From positions 64,001 through 128,000 of the IMG/VR virus record IMGVR_UViG_3300028392_000034: 64,000 nucleotides of DNA, one strand, 5' to 3'. Source of the stretch: a virus. Positions 1-9,722 of the stretch are shown here, one piece after another. Under the pieces are notes generated by a model. It had not been told where the DNA came from. It made no database searches and saw only the letters and a list, made by a program, of their open reading frames with translations. Numbering within the stretch: position 1 is the stretch's first letter; every line of letters begins with the position of its first letter. The position numbers and the translations under genes were made by a program.

Positions 1-708
1 TACAAAGATATCAAAGGTGCTGCCGGTGAGGTCAAGGACGTTCTCAAGGATCTTGACGAACAGTTTGCTAAACTACACCCTCCAGAAAAACCCGCAACTG
101 TAGCACAGAAAAATGCCTACATACAAGAAAAAAATCGCGTCATTGAATTAAACAAACGCGATGGCGAGACCACTGGAATTTACACTGAAATTGGTGAACA
201 TCTTGGTGCATACTATGACAACTATCACAAATGCATAGCCATCTTTGAAGAAGAAGAGCGGCGCAGTAAAAATGAAATATACACAGGTGATGCTAGCCTG
301 GGCAAACGTGCCTTGCAACGTGTGCTGATGAAAAAGCAACTGGAACAGATGGAGGTTGAGTTGCGTGAAATTATGGTTTACCAAAGCCCACCGGAGCTGG
401 GTGCATTGCACACCGAAGTGGAAGAAATGATGGGAGTCATGGGCCGGCAACAAAAAAGTCTCATCGTACAGCAGATGAAACAACATGAAATTGCAGAAAG
501 AAAAAGAAAACAAAAATCACACCAATTGTATATGAATATATTAATTGGTATTGGTGCATTGGTAGTTTGTTGTGGTGTTGGGTTAACATTGTCGTATGTT
601 GTAGAAGATAGAATTAAAAAGTATCCACAATACGGCACAGATTGGATACCAAAAAATCAGTCACAACGACAACGAGAAGCACAAAAACAAATCTATGTAG
701 GAAGATAG
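1..708 (+). CDS. Hypothetical coiled-coil membrane protein (5' truncated by window edge)
   Basis: Frame is open from base 1 (YKDIKGAAGEVK...) into ORF 313..708; C-terminal hydrophobic helix ILIGIGALVVCCGVGLTL. Confidence 0.75.
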   Translation, partial: YKDIKGAAGEVKDVLKDLDEQFAKLHPPEKPATVAQKNAYIQEKNRVIELNKRDGETTGIYTEIGEHLGAYYDNYHKCIAIFEEEERRSKNEIYTGDASLGKRALQRVLMKKQLEQMEVELREIMVYQSPPELGALHTEVEEMMGVMGRQQKSLIVQQMKQHEIAERKRKQKSHQLYMNILIGIGALVVCCGVGLTLSYVVEDRIKKYPQYGTDWIPKNQSQRQREAQKQIYVGR

Positions 709-722
709 AGAGTCATAATAAT

Positions 723-2021
723 TTATTGTGTTTTAGTTTTTAATAAATCTAAAATATGATCTAAATCTGCTCTAGTTGGCAAACATGTTTCTTGGTTGGC
801 TGAAACAAAATCAATTATTTCAGGAGTAGATGCCAACTTGTTCCAATAATCACTTTTGTAATTTTTTGGATCATCCAGCTGATCAAATGCTGAAGTTAAA
901 TTTGTTTTTAATTCATTAATCACTTGATTAAAAAAATCTTGGCTAAAAAATCTCTGACGATTATATTCGGCAATGGCCTGTGCTTCTGCCATATTTCGTT
1001 CACGCTGATGTGGCAACCAAGTTGAAATATATTTCATAAGCTCGGCAATCTGTATCAAACGTTCGGCAGGATCTTCTATTTGATCATAGCTTTCGTCCCA
1101 TACATCGCTAAATGTTTGAAATCCATAACTTTTTAAATATTCTAAACTACCGTATGTGCCGGCCAATATAAACGGTTGTCCAACCGCAACGGGTCGCAAA
1201 CTTTTTTCAGTCAGGTGTAACCGATCGTCATCAAATAAGGTTTCAAGAACTACTTCAATATCTGTTGAATTATAATCATTTGTGTCAAAGTCTGCGCTGT
1301 AACTGCTGTGAGCGTTGCTAATTGGAAAGAAATTTTCCAACACAGTATGTGGGCGCCACGTTGGATTTTTAAACTGGTGCGAGTCGTAGTGTATACCCAG
1401 TTCGGGTTCAATGGGATTGATGCTGGTTTTACAGTGCTCTTGTAGATTTAGAGATATCAATAGTTCAGCAAATCGTAAACGATATTCTCTAGTATTGCTC
1501 CAGGCACGATTGTAAATCAAAAATGTTTTGTCAGATTTTTTTGTCTGAGCGACATGTTCGGCATATCTAAACCAGTCTCGAGCTATTACCGCATGACTCC
1601 AGTAGTATACCGGTATCAATTCATTGCTGGCTTCATACTTTTTGAGATTGCTGGACCGCTGTTCACTGTGCAATAATATATTTTTTTCAAAAATGCTTTG
1701 TCGTCGATAATTCAAATTTGTAGTCGGGATATAGAAACCAGTAGACCTCATCAATGACGCAAATACGTTGTTTTTTTGATTGGGAAGATTTTTACTGTAA
1801 AAATCGTAATCCAGTGGTTCTTGATCATTACACCATATAGCAGGATAAGTGGTTTTGCATAGCCATTCTGTCAGTCCATAGTCTGTCAGGTTATTTAAAT
1901 CATTAATATTTTTTGAACCGTGCGGATAAAATCGATAAATTATTATGCGATCATTGTAAATCTCTTGGGCAACATTTTCAATATAATGATATAGCCGGTC
2001 TAACGGAATGCTCATAGGCAT
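723..2021 (-). CDS. Putative glycosyltransferase-like protein of a phage glycan-modification family
   Basis: LTEKSLRP...PFILAG...LEYLKSYGFQTF..VWDESYD motif, reminiscent of the GT10-like C-terminus; start placed at the ATG just after a TAAATA element. Confidence 0.5.
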   Translation of the reverse strand: MPMSIPLDRLYHYIENVAQEIYNDRIIIYRFYPHGSKNINDLNNLTDYGLTEWLCKTTYPAIWCNDQEPLDYDFYSKNLPNQKNNVFASLMRSTGFYIPTTNLNYRRQSIFEKNILLHSEQRSSNLKKYEASNELIPVYYWSHAVIARDWFRYAEHVAQTKKSDKTFLIYNRAWSNTREYRLRFAELLISLNLQEHCKTSINPIEPELGIHYDSHQFKNPTWRPHTVLENFFPISNAHSSYSADFDTNDYNSTDIEVVLETLFDDDRLHLTEKSLRPVAVGQPFILAGTYGSLEYLKSYGFQTFSDVWDESYDQIEDPAERLIQIAELMKYISTWLPHQRERNMAEAQAIAEYNRQRFFSQDFFNQVINELKTNLTSAFDQLDDPKNYKSDYWNKLASTPEIIDFVSANQETCLPTRADLDHILDLLKTKTQ

Positions 2022-2058
2022 ATATTTACACAGGAAACAGCACATTACAATTAAAATT

Positions 2059-2580
2059 ATGACACAGACTCTACACAAGTATCAATTATATCCATTTTGG
2101 GACAATGAATACACAGCATTAACGTATATTCAAGAAGCGTTCAATGATCACGATCTTGTTGCCAAGTGGCGTCAACAAGGATACATGCCCAAGTTTACCG
2201 GAGACATGTGTGATATGCGTAGCCCACAACCTGGCTGGAATCAAAGATTTGTAGAGATGTTTGAAGGACAAGGATGGAGGGATGTTGGAACCAGTTACTA
2301 TAGAATGACGACCGGCACCATATTACCAACACACAGCGATCTGTATTTAAAATATATCGATCTGTTCAACCTTAAAGGTCGCGAACACACCATACGTCGT
2401 GCCATAGTATTTTTAGAAGATTGGCAACCTGGTCACTACGCTGAATATCAAGATCAGGCCTATGTAAATTGGAAAGCCGGAAGTGTAGTTGAATGGAAGT
2501 ATGATACACCACACATGGCAGCCAACTTAGGATTAACGCCACGATACACACTACAAATTACAGGACATGTTGATGATTGA
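2059..2580 (+). CDS. 2OG-Fe(II) oxygenase / cupin-like hydroxylase
   Basis: HxD (PTHSD), distal H (PHMAAN) and R (PRYTLQITG) pattern. Confidence 0.65.
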   Translation: MTQTLHKYQLYPFWDNEYTALTYIQEAFNDHDLVAKWRQQGYMPKFTGDMCDMRSPQPGWNQRFVEMFEGQGWRDVGTSYYRMTTGTILPTHSDLYLKYIDLFNLKGREHTIRRAIVFLEDWQPGHYAEYQDQAYVNWKAGSVVEWKYDTPHMAANLGLTPRYTLQITGHVDD

Positions 2581-3496
2581 TAGTCGCAATGAATGGGATC
2601 CGATAGAAGCCATTATAGTAGGTACAGCCACTGGGGCCAATTGGCCCATGACTGATCCGGTGTTTGCTGAGGAAGCTCGTAACAGTTTATGGACTGAATC
2701 TCCTGCCCCTAGCGGAGCAGTACCCCAATTCATCATAGACGAAGCCAATAGAGAACTTGACACATTATCAGAGACCCTGGCCCGTAACGGTGCCACGGTA
2801 TATAGACCCCGACCCATGGATTTTGTTGCGATGAACGGAATGTATAACTATTGTCCCAGGGACCGTTTATTGGTGGCCGGTGACACTGTGGTTGACTGCA
2901 ACATGATGTATCCATGCCGCAATCAAGAAATAGCCAACTATCCACGCTTGTTAGGTGATGCCCGACAGGTATTGACCATGCCAAGAGATTCGGGCATGAC
3001 GCTAGATGCAGCCAACATTTGTCGACTAGGCGATACTTGGCTGTTCTTGGAATCAGCTTCGGGTAATCGAGCCGCATACGAATGGTTGTGTGAACATTTT
3101 CCCAGCATCACGATCGAGTTGGTAAACTTTTATGCCGGAGTGCATATTGACAGCACAATTACACCGCTACGCGAAGGACTGGTTATGTTGAACGCCAGTC
3201 GTGTAACCTCGGACAACTGTCCCAAAGCATTTCAAGATTGGGAAAAAATTTGGGTAACTGAAGATCAAATTGTAGCCCAGGATTTTTATCAGTATCCATA
3301 CGCATCAAAATGGATTGCTATGAATATGTTGGCCGTGAATCCAGAAACAGTTATTATAGATGCGGCCCAAACTGAGCTAATTACTATACTAAAGAAACAC
3401 GGCATTGACAGTATTCCTTTAACCTTGAGTCATAGTAGAACACTAGGTGGTGGATTCCATTGTGTTACTTTAGATACACGGAGACATCATGCTTGA
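2567..3496 (+). CDS. Amidinotransferase (glycine / inosamine-phosphate amidinotransferase family)
   Basis: NEWDP, CPRD, DAAN, HIDST and GGGFHCVT catalytic motifs. Confidence 0.9.
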   Translation: MLMIDSRNEWDPIEAIIVGTATGANWPMTDPVFAEEARNSLWTESPAPSGAVPQFIIDEANRELDTLSETLARNGATVYRPRPMDFVAMNGMYNYCPRDRLLVAGDTVVDCNMMYPCRNQEIANYPRLLGDARQVLTMPRDSGMTLDAANICRLGDTWLFLESASGNRAAYEWLCEHFPSITIELVNFYAGVHIDSTITPLREGLVMLNASRVTSDNCPKAFQDWEKIWVTEDQIVAQDFYQYPYASKWIAMNMLAVNPETVIIDAAQTELITILKKHGIDSIPLTLSHSRTLGGGFHCVTLDTRRHHA

Positions 3497-4769
3497 TACA
3501 GCGGCCATTGAGCAACTAGTACGACAACAGATTACAGAACAAGTAAGTGAACAAATTTCAGTTACATTAGGGTCAGATGCCTGGCTGGCTAGTTTTGAAC
3601 AACAAATAATTGAATATGTGCAGGCCCGTGTTATGGCAAAATTTGCCAACGCTGAATACCTGCCCGAAATAACCGATACAGTTAAATCAAGTGTCAGTGA
3701 ATTATTTAAACGCGGTGCGGTTCCTGGCATTGACCAATATGTAGATACTGTAACTATCCGTAGAACTATTGATACGGCTGTAGAACAATTGGTTGACAGT
3801 TCTATTGAGGTATTGGGCAAGGATCCTGTATGGCTAGCCAAAATTGAACAGCAAATTAATCAAGCAGTGGTAGATCGTGTAATTCGACAGTTTGGTCAAA
3901 TCGATCTCAACCCAATTATCAAAGAACGAGTTGATGAACACATGACTCAGTTCCAGCAAGATATTTTAAACAATTTTGCCAGCACAGGAATCAGTGATCA
4001 AGCCGGTACCTGTCAGTTGATCATAAATGATGATTCTGTTGTAGTTGGAAATCAATTGACCACACGTGATTTAACTGTGTCTAATGCGGCAGTGATACAA
4101 GATCTTGTGGTCAAAGGATCTGTCAACATTGACAATCCAAGCTGGGAGTTATTGGCCACAGGTATTAGTGAAAAAACAATCAATCGACTTTCTGATGAAT
4201 GGAAAACAGTATTAACAGCTCAAGTGGCAGAACAAATACGATCCAATGGTGTTGATTTTGATTCTGTAAAAATCAACGGAGAAACATTGGTCAGTGGTAA
4301 TACCTTGGCAAAAAGTATTACTGATACCAATATACGATCTGTGGGTGTATTAAAGACTTTGACTGTTGACGGAGAGTCTATATTTAATAATCAGACTCTG
4401 GCAGTATTAAACAAACGCATAGGTGTAAACACTATAAGTCCAGAAATGGCTCTAAGTGTGTGGGACGAAGAAGTCAGCATAGTAATTGGAAAAAACAAAG
4501 CCAACGAAGCCTACATTGGAACCAATAGAGCTCAAGGTGTTGCCATTGGTGTTAATCGACAACCGCAAATTGAGATCTCAGCAGATGGCCTAACACGAAT
4601 ACGACAATTACAGGTTGGGCTACATCGTGTCAGTCACGCCACACAGGTTCCTGGATGGTCAGGTACCAAAGGTGATATAGTATTCAATTCAGATCCTAAC
4701 GATACTCCTGTGTTTGCTTGGGTTTGTATAGGCGGCCATCGTTGGAAAACTCTTAAAAGCGCCGAATGA
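3489..4769 (+). CDS. Hypothetical protein, possibly structural
   Basis: 426 aa ORF overlapping its neighbours; helical N-terminus, beta-rich C-terminus. Confidence 0.6.
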   Translation: MLDTAAIEQLVRQQITEQVSEQISVTLGSDAWLASFEQQIIEYVQARVMAKFANAEYLPEITDTVKSSVSELFKRGAVPGIDQYVDTVTIRRTIDTAVEQLVDSSIEVLGKDPVWLAKIEQQINQAVVDRVIRQFGQIDLNPIIKERVDEHMTQFQQDILNNFASTGISDQAGTCQLIINDDSVVVGNQLTTRDLTVSNAAVIQDLVVKGSVNIDNPSWELLATGISEKTINRLSDEWKTVLTAQVAEQIRSNGVDFDSVKINGETLVSGNTLAKSITDTNIRSVGVLKTLTVDGESIFNNQTLAVLNKRIGVNTISPEMALSVWDEEVSIVIGKNKANEAYIGTNRAQGVAIGVNRQPQIEISADGLTRIRQLQVGLHRVSHATQVPGWSGTKGDIVFNSDPNDTPVFAWVCIGGHRWKTLKSAE

Positions 4770-5323
4770 ACATCAGTTGGGTAATAGCTGACAGTGCAGA
4801 GTTGGATCCTACTCAGAATATTGATGCACTTAAAAAATTAGGACCAATTTGGGGATCGTGGCGAACCTGGCGTGCCTATCAAACAGACAATGTTGTATGC
4901 CATAATCAAAACAAAGCAGAAGAGTTGGTCAAACGCAAGTTTCATGAACGTTGCAATTTTTATATTCCTGATTCGGTAAATGTATCATTAGGAAGACCCG
5001 CTGGAGTTCGGTTATACGCTGGGGATTTTGTTCACGATGTCATTAGGCAAGAAGAACTTGTGGCACTACATCTAGCCGCAACCACCAGTGATATTGTATT
5101 GTTACTAGGATGGGATCTTGCCAAACTAAAACCAAATTCTGATCGACTGGAATCAAATCAAGCACAGCATCACCGTAACCTATTTCACCAAGCGGTAAAA
5201 GATTATGGACAAACACAATGGGTAGCGGTGGATCATCTGGAGCCATTGGCTCCGTCATTGCAGGTTTTGGAAAATTTAGTCCTCGACACAATGGATGCGG
5301 TTTTGGCCCTAGCTCCTGATTGA
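4766..5323 (+). CDS. Hypothetical protein (possible glycosyltransferase-like Rossmann fold)
   Basis: 185 aa ORF with ATGA overlap; DIVLLLGWD motif. Confidence 0.5.
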   Translation: MNISWVIADSAELDPTQNIDALKKLGPIWGSWRTWRAYQTDNVVCHNQNKAEELVKRKFHERCNFYIPDSVNVSLGRPAGVRLYAGDFVHDVIRQEELVALHLAATTSDIVLLLGWDLAKLKPNSDRLESNQAQHHRNLFHQAVKDYGQTQWVAVDHLEPLAPSLQVLENLVLDTMDAVLALAPD

Positions 5324-5348
5324 CAACTAAGTTGTGATGCTGTATAAT
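5320..5348 (+). promoter_or_regulatory. sigma70-like promoter giving a leaderless uvdE transcript
   Basis: TTGACA-17-TATAAT, ATG 6 nt downstream, no SD. Confidence 0.75.
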
Positions 5349-5354
5349 AGCAGT

Positions 5355-6416
5355 ATGACTACACTAAAGCGTATTGGTTTCTGTTGCAAATGGCTCAATG
5401 ATCCGTCCGAATGTGGCGGCATGAAAGTCAATGCAGTGGATCGGGACCTTAACGGGCGTTCAACTACCATGCGTTGGTTGCGTGAGCACCCACTTGAAGC
5501 CGAACAGCGCCAGTGGGACATTATGAATCACAATACTGCAGCCGCTGTACGGTTGATTGAACGTGTGGCCACACTGCCTGCTGAACGCAGAATGGTACGC
5601 TTGGGCAGTGAAATGCTACAAGGCTACACTGAAAAAGATTGGATCACTTGGTGGCAACGCAAGGAAATACAAGACCACTGTGCAAAGATATTTGCACCCA
5701 TTGGTGAAACTGCCCGCAGACTTGACGTTAGACTCAGCTTTCACCCTGGACAGTTTTGTGTATTGGCCAGTGAGAACGAAGGCATCGTAAATAGAAGTAT
5801 ACAGGAGTTTGAATATCATGCAGATATGGTCAGATGGATGGGATATGGTCGGTCGTTTCAAGACTTTAAAATCAATGTTCACATCTCAGGTAAAAGAGGT
5901 CCAGCCGGTATCAAAGACGCACTTAAACGACTCTCGCCTGAAGCAAGAAACTGCATCACAATCGAAAACGACGAAAACGCCTGGGGCATCGATTCAAGTC
6001 TCGAACTCGCAAACGATTGTGCCCTTGTGCTTGATATACACCATCACTGGATCCGTACAGGAGAATACATTCAAGCCACCGATAGTAGACTTGCTCGCAT
6101 AATTGATTCGTGGCGCGGAGTAAGACCAGCCCTGCACTATTCAGTAAGTAGAGAAGATGTGCTGGTAGATCATCCGGCGGATACTGTGCCTGATCATGCA
6201 CTACTATTAGAATCAGGCTACAAAAAACAAAAAATGCGAGCACACTCGGACTTTTATTGGAATCAACCAGTGACAGACTGGGCCTTGAGCTTTTGGGATC
6301 AGTTTGATATACAGTGCGAAAGCAAAGGCAAGAACTTGGCCAGTGCTCAGGTTTACAACAGGGCAGTAGAACTGGGACTAGCGGATGATACAGTTAAAAC
6401 TTTGGCCACCGCCTGA
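5355..6416 (+). CDS. uvdE: UV DNA damage endonuclease (UvdE/UvsE)
   Basis: RIGFCC, RLSFHPGQF, ITIENDE, LVLDIHHHW, HYS and AHSD motifs. Confidence 0.92.
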   Translation: MTTLKRIGFCCKWLNDPSECGGMKVNAVDRDLNGRSTTMRWLREHPLEAEQRQWDIMNHNTAAAVRLIERVATLPAERRMVRLGSEMLQGYTEKDWITWWQRKEIQDHCAKIFAPIGETARRLDVRLSFHPGQFCVLASENEGIVNRSIQEFEYHADMVRWMGYGRSFQDFKINVHISGKRGPAGIKDALKRLSPEARNCITIENDENAWGIDSSLELANDCALVLDIHHHWIRTGEYIQATDSRLARIIDSWRGVRPALHYSVSREDVLVDHPADTVPDHALLLESGYKKQKMRAHSDFYWNQPVTDWALSFWDQFDIQCESKGKNLASAQVYNRAVELGLADDTVKTLATA

Positions 6417-6618
6417 TTGGCACGAGTGTGTAGTCAGTTGGGATTGGTTATTGGAAGATAATAGTCCACATATAAATGAAATATACAGTTGGTGCGATCA
6501 ACACGGTAGTCCCAGCAGATATCATGTGCATGGGTGGAAGTCAACTAAAGGATTTGCATTTCAATTTGAAGATCCCAAGGACGCTGTTTTGTTTAGTTTA
6601 ACATGGACACATCGGTAG
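6385..6618 (+). CDS. Small protein of the FxDxxDAxxFxLxW family
   Basis: C-terminus FQFEDPKDAVLFSLTW. Confidence 0.6.
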   Translation: MIQLKLWPPPDWHECVVSWDWLLEDNSPHINEIYSWCDQHGSPSRYHVHGWKSTKGFAFQFEDPKDAVLFSLTWTHR

Positions 6619-6779
6619 AATACTACGGTGTTGAGTTGCACCGAGTCTCTACTCGGGTATTGGCATGGATAGTTGACACTTATGGCCCGCTGGGTGCAAG
6701 ACGTTGGTTTGTAAAAAATAAAACAATATATTTTTACAACAAAGCCGACTATGAAATGTTTCTATGGAGATGGATGTAA
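6603..6779 (+). CDS. Small protein of the FxDxxDAxxFxLxW family (58 aa, not in the ORF track)
   Basis: Manual translation MDTSVEYY...IYFYNKADYEMFLWRWM. Confidence 0.55.
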   Translation: MDTSVEYYGVELHRVSTRVLAWIVDTYGPLGARRWFVKNKTIYFYNKADYEMFLWRWM

Positions 6780-7078
6780 TGAATTTTATTTTTGTTGCTG
6801 CCGCTAATGTTTGGAAGTATATCAAAACGGATTGGCATTCAAATCCAATTAGATTTTGTGCCGAAGCATTTGCCTGGGCCTGCAGTGTAATATCTGCTGT
6901 GATATTTGCGGTCACTATTCCTGATATTCCGGTAGTGCCACTTTACACTATCTTTATTTCCGGGTGTTGTGCCAGTTGCTGGGCTTGCTGGACTAGACGC
7001 AGCTTTGGCCTAATGGCCAACTCTGCATTTTTGGTTATTATCGACAGTATCGGTCTTGTACGATACTGGTTACATTAA
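6764..7078 (+). CDS. Small membrane protein
   Basis: Three hydrophobic segments; start uncertain (6764-6779). Confidence 0.6.
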   Translation: MEMDVMNFIFVAAANVWKYIKTDWHSNPIRFCAEAFAWACSVISAVIFAVTIPDIPVVPLYTIFISGCCASCWACWTRRSFGLMANSAFLVIIDSIGLVRYWLH

Positions 7079-7251
7079 GCCTTGGGAGTTCGTGGCTTAC
7101 GTGGCGCGGCTTTTTTAACAGCAGGCGTTTTGGCTACTTTTTTAACCGCTGGGGTAGTTTCTGCTACCGGAGCAGGTGTTTCGACCTTGTAAGGTGCTGG
7201 GCTTGCTTCAGTTGGTTTTGTACCAAAAATTTTCTTTAAAAACGATAGCAT
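7075..7251 (-). CDS. Lys/Pro/Ala-rich histone H1-like small protein (58 aa)
   Basis: MLSFLKKIFG...PAVKKAAPRKPRTPKA; AAGGAG SD and TAAATA upstream. Confidence 0.65.
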   Translation of the reverse strand: MLSFLKKIFGTKPTEASPAPYKVETPAPVAETTPAVKKVAKTPAVKKAAPRKPRTPKA

Positions 7252-7413
7252 AATAAATCTCCTTGTCGATTATTTATGGGCATATTATTCAATTACAAAT
7301 CTATTAGATTTCAATGAATTCTCTCAGTAGAAACACTGACTATTATTGCACCACAGCATAAATAAATTTGTAGAAGCCAAGAGCCTCTACTAAAATTTAA
7401 GGAAAAACACAAA

Positions 7414-7584
7414 ATGTCTTTAGAAAGAATATTAGAACGTCTAGCAGAAATGTTTCCTAAACAGGCTTATCAGAGCCGTTTAGAACAGTATATCAACAGC
7501 AAAAATCCAACCAATGCAGCAGAAGTGGACTATTGGCAACGGCAGTATGAAACCGAAGCACAACATTGGAGTCGCGGTGTATGA
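7414..7584 (+). CDS. Small protein, DUF3563-like (56 aa)
   Basis: MSLERILERLAEMFPKQAYQSRLEQYI...AAEVDYWQRQYE; AAGGA SD. Confidence 0.55.
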   Translation: MSLERILERLAEMFPKQAYQSRLEQYINSKNPTNAAEVDYWQRQYETEAQHWSRGV

Positions 7585-7688
7585 TGAAAATTATTTGGAA
7601 AATTTTAGAATCATGGGGTGAGGCTAGAGCAGCAGCATATCTAACCCGTAACGGCCGTATTGCAGAAGCCAAAGCAATATACAAATGA
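7581..7688 (+). CDS. Small hypothetical protein (35 aa)
   Basis: ATGA-coupled ORF MMKIIWKILESWGEARAAAYLTRNGRIAEAKAIYK. Confidence 0.5.
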   Translation: MMKIIWKILESWGEARAAAYLTRNGRIAEAKAIYK

Positions 7689-7780
7689 ACACAATTGAAG
7701 CATTTGGAGAGAAATACGGCAACAAGATTGCTGCCTGGACTATTGCGGCAATGATTATATATTTGGTTATTGCACAATAG
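7685..7780 (+). CDS. Small membrane peptide (31 aa)
   Basis: ATGA-coupled; C-terminal hydrophobic helix. Confidence 0.4.
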   Translation: MNTIEAFGEKYGNKIAAWTIAAMIIYLVIAQ

Positions 7781-7795
7781 ACTTTTGATAAGTAA

Positions 7796-8503
7796 TTGAT
7801 GCTGACAATTATTGCAACCCTGGTGATGACACACATCACCATAGCCTGTGTTACCCTGTATTTGCACCGTAGTCAGGCGCATCGATCTGTGGAATTTAAC
7901 CCTGCAATAGCACATTTTATGCGCTTTTGGCTTTGGCTGACCACAGGCATGGTTACCAAACAATGGGTAGCTGTGCATCGCAAGCATCATAGGTTCACAG
8001 AACAAGAGGGAGACCCACACAGCCCACATGTGTATGGGATCGGGCGTGTGTTCTTTAAAGGAGCAGTGTTATATCATGCGGCAAGCAAAGATACGGTCAT
8101 GGTTGACACATACGGTCGTGGCACTCCTGCTGATTGGATGGAGCTTCACGTATACCAGCCTCACAGTAGACTTGGCATTGGCCTTCTCCTTGTGCTCAAT
8201 ACAGTGATATTTGGCTGGTGGGGTTTACTGGTTTGGGGTATACAAATGATTTGGATACCTTTTTGGGCCGCTGGAGTTGTAAATGGCGTAGGACATTGGA
8301 TAGGATATAGAAATGGACATACTAAAGATCATAGTCGTAATATTAGTCCTTGGGGCATTGTCATTGGTGGCGAAGAGCTTCATAACAACCACCACTTGGA
8401 CCCAGCGAGTGCCCGGCTCAGCAAGAATTGGTTTGAATTTGATATAGGTTGGTTTTACATTTGCCTATTAAAATGGTTAGGTTTAGCCAAATTACGAGCA
8501 TAA
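7796..8503 (+). CDS. Fatty acid (acyl-CoA delta-9) desaturase
   Basis: His boxes HRSQAH, HRKHH and HNNHH; WFEFDIGW. Confidence 0.92.
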   Translation: MMLTIIATLVMTHITIACVTLYLHRSQAHRSVEFNPAIAHFMRFWLWLTTGMVTKQWVAVHRKHHRFTEQEGDPHSPHVYGIGRVFFKGAVLYHAASKDTVMVDTYGRGTPADWMELHVYQPHSRLGIGLLLVLNTVIFGWWGLLVWGIQMIWIPFWAAGVVNGVGHWIGYRNGHTKDHSRNISPWGIVIGGEELHNNHHLDPASARLSKNWFEFDIGWFYICLLKWLGLAKLRA

Positions 8504-8642
8504 AATTAGTGACCACTCACTAGTAGAAACCACTAGGAAATTGCGGCAGTGCCATGTATAATAGATAAATACAGTAGAGAAAAGAAGTTAGTGCCGACGG
8601 TCGGGCTAACACAAACCCTCGCTTAATTTAAGGAGATTTACC

Positions 8643-8867
8643 ATGTTTAATTTCAAATCCGTAGTAGACCAAGTAGCAACAGCAACTAAGACACCTTTGA
8701 TGTATGTTGAAGACAAAGCAATTCGCGCAAACCTAGAAACTCTAGTAGATGCTTATGTAGACTTTACTAAAACTGCATACGACACAGGTTTAGAGCTTTC
8801 TAAGCAAGTAGTTGAAGCTACTAAGAGTATTGACTACTCTAAGTATTTTGCTAAAGCAGGCAAGTAA
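8643..8867 (+). CDS. Small amphipathic helical protein, phasin-like
   Basis: 74 aa, strong AAGGAG SD, hairpin leader, highly biased codon usage. Confidence 0.45.
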   Translation: MFNFKSVVDQVATATKTPLMYVEDKAIRANLETLVDAYVDFTKTAYDTGLELSKQVVEATKSIDYSKYFAKAGK

Positions 8868-8894
8868 TAGTAACACATCCTATATAGGATTATC

Positions 8895-8918
8895 AAGCCC
8901 AGGTAACTGGGCTTTTTT
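8895..8918 (+). terminator. Rho-independent terminator
   Basis: AAGCCCAG-GTAA-CTGGGCTT plus T run. Confidence 0.8.
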
Positions 8919-8963
8919 ATTGCTTATTTTTTCACTAAATACTTGGTCTAACCGGAGAGTAAA

Positions 8964-9692
8964 ATGCGTGAGAGTTTTAACTGGAGTCAACTAGATCGCG
9001 ATAATCTTTATACCATGCTGTATACAGCCGGACGTGATATTGTTGGCAAAAAAATGCCAGTGAATGTCCTACAAAAACACATAAGCTCATACATCAAATC
9101 TAACTTGCCGGTGCGGGTAGTTCGTATTAAAAACAACAAGAAACAAAAGCCCAATACTGTCTATATGGGTGGCGCCTACTATAGTGATCTAGACCGGCAT
9201 CAGCGCAGTCGATTTATAGAAATAGTATTGAGTTATCATCCTGATACTAAGGCAATTCGAATAACCGACTATCGTTGGACCAGACTTTGCACACTATTTG
9301 CTGATACTATCTTGCATGAAGTTATACACATGAGACAGTATCGCAGTAGAAATTTTAAAGATATTCCTGGCTACGAAAGCACAGCATACTATCACAAACA
9401 ACGCATAACGCAACAATACTACGGCAACAGAGATGAAATGGGTGCATTTAGTTTTAATATAGCCTGCGACATGATAGATCGTTTTGGCAACAATACACAA
9501 GAAATAAAAAAATATTTAAATAGTATGCGAGCCAAGCGCCATAAGCATTCAAGCTGGTATGAATTTTTATCTGCATTTGATTGGGATTTAGATCATGCCA
9601 AAGTGCGTCAGATGCAACAGAAGATTTTTAAACAATTGGAATACGCCGCAATAGGCCGGCCGTTTAAGACTACTACACATTTAACCTATTAG
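8964..9692 (+). CDS. Zincin-like metallopeptidase domain protein
   Basis: HEVIH (HExxH) and downstream YY..RDEMGAF glutamate. Confidence 0.65.
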   Translation: MRESFNWSQLDRDNLYTMLYTAGRDIVGKKMPVNVLQKHISSYIKSNLPVRVVRIKNNKKQKPNTVYMGGAYYSDLDRHQRSRFIEIVLSYHPDTKAIRITDYRWTRLCTLFADTILHEVIHMRQYRSRNFKDIPGYESTAYYHKQRITQQYYGNRDEMGAFSFNIACDMIDRFGNNTQEIKKYLNSMRAKRHKHSSWYEFLSAFDWDLDHAKVRQMQQKIFKQLEYAAIGRPFKTTTHLTY

Positions 9693-9722
9693 CATAAATA
9701 AAAGTAATCAGTAGGAGATATC

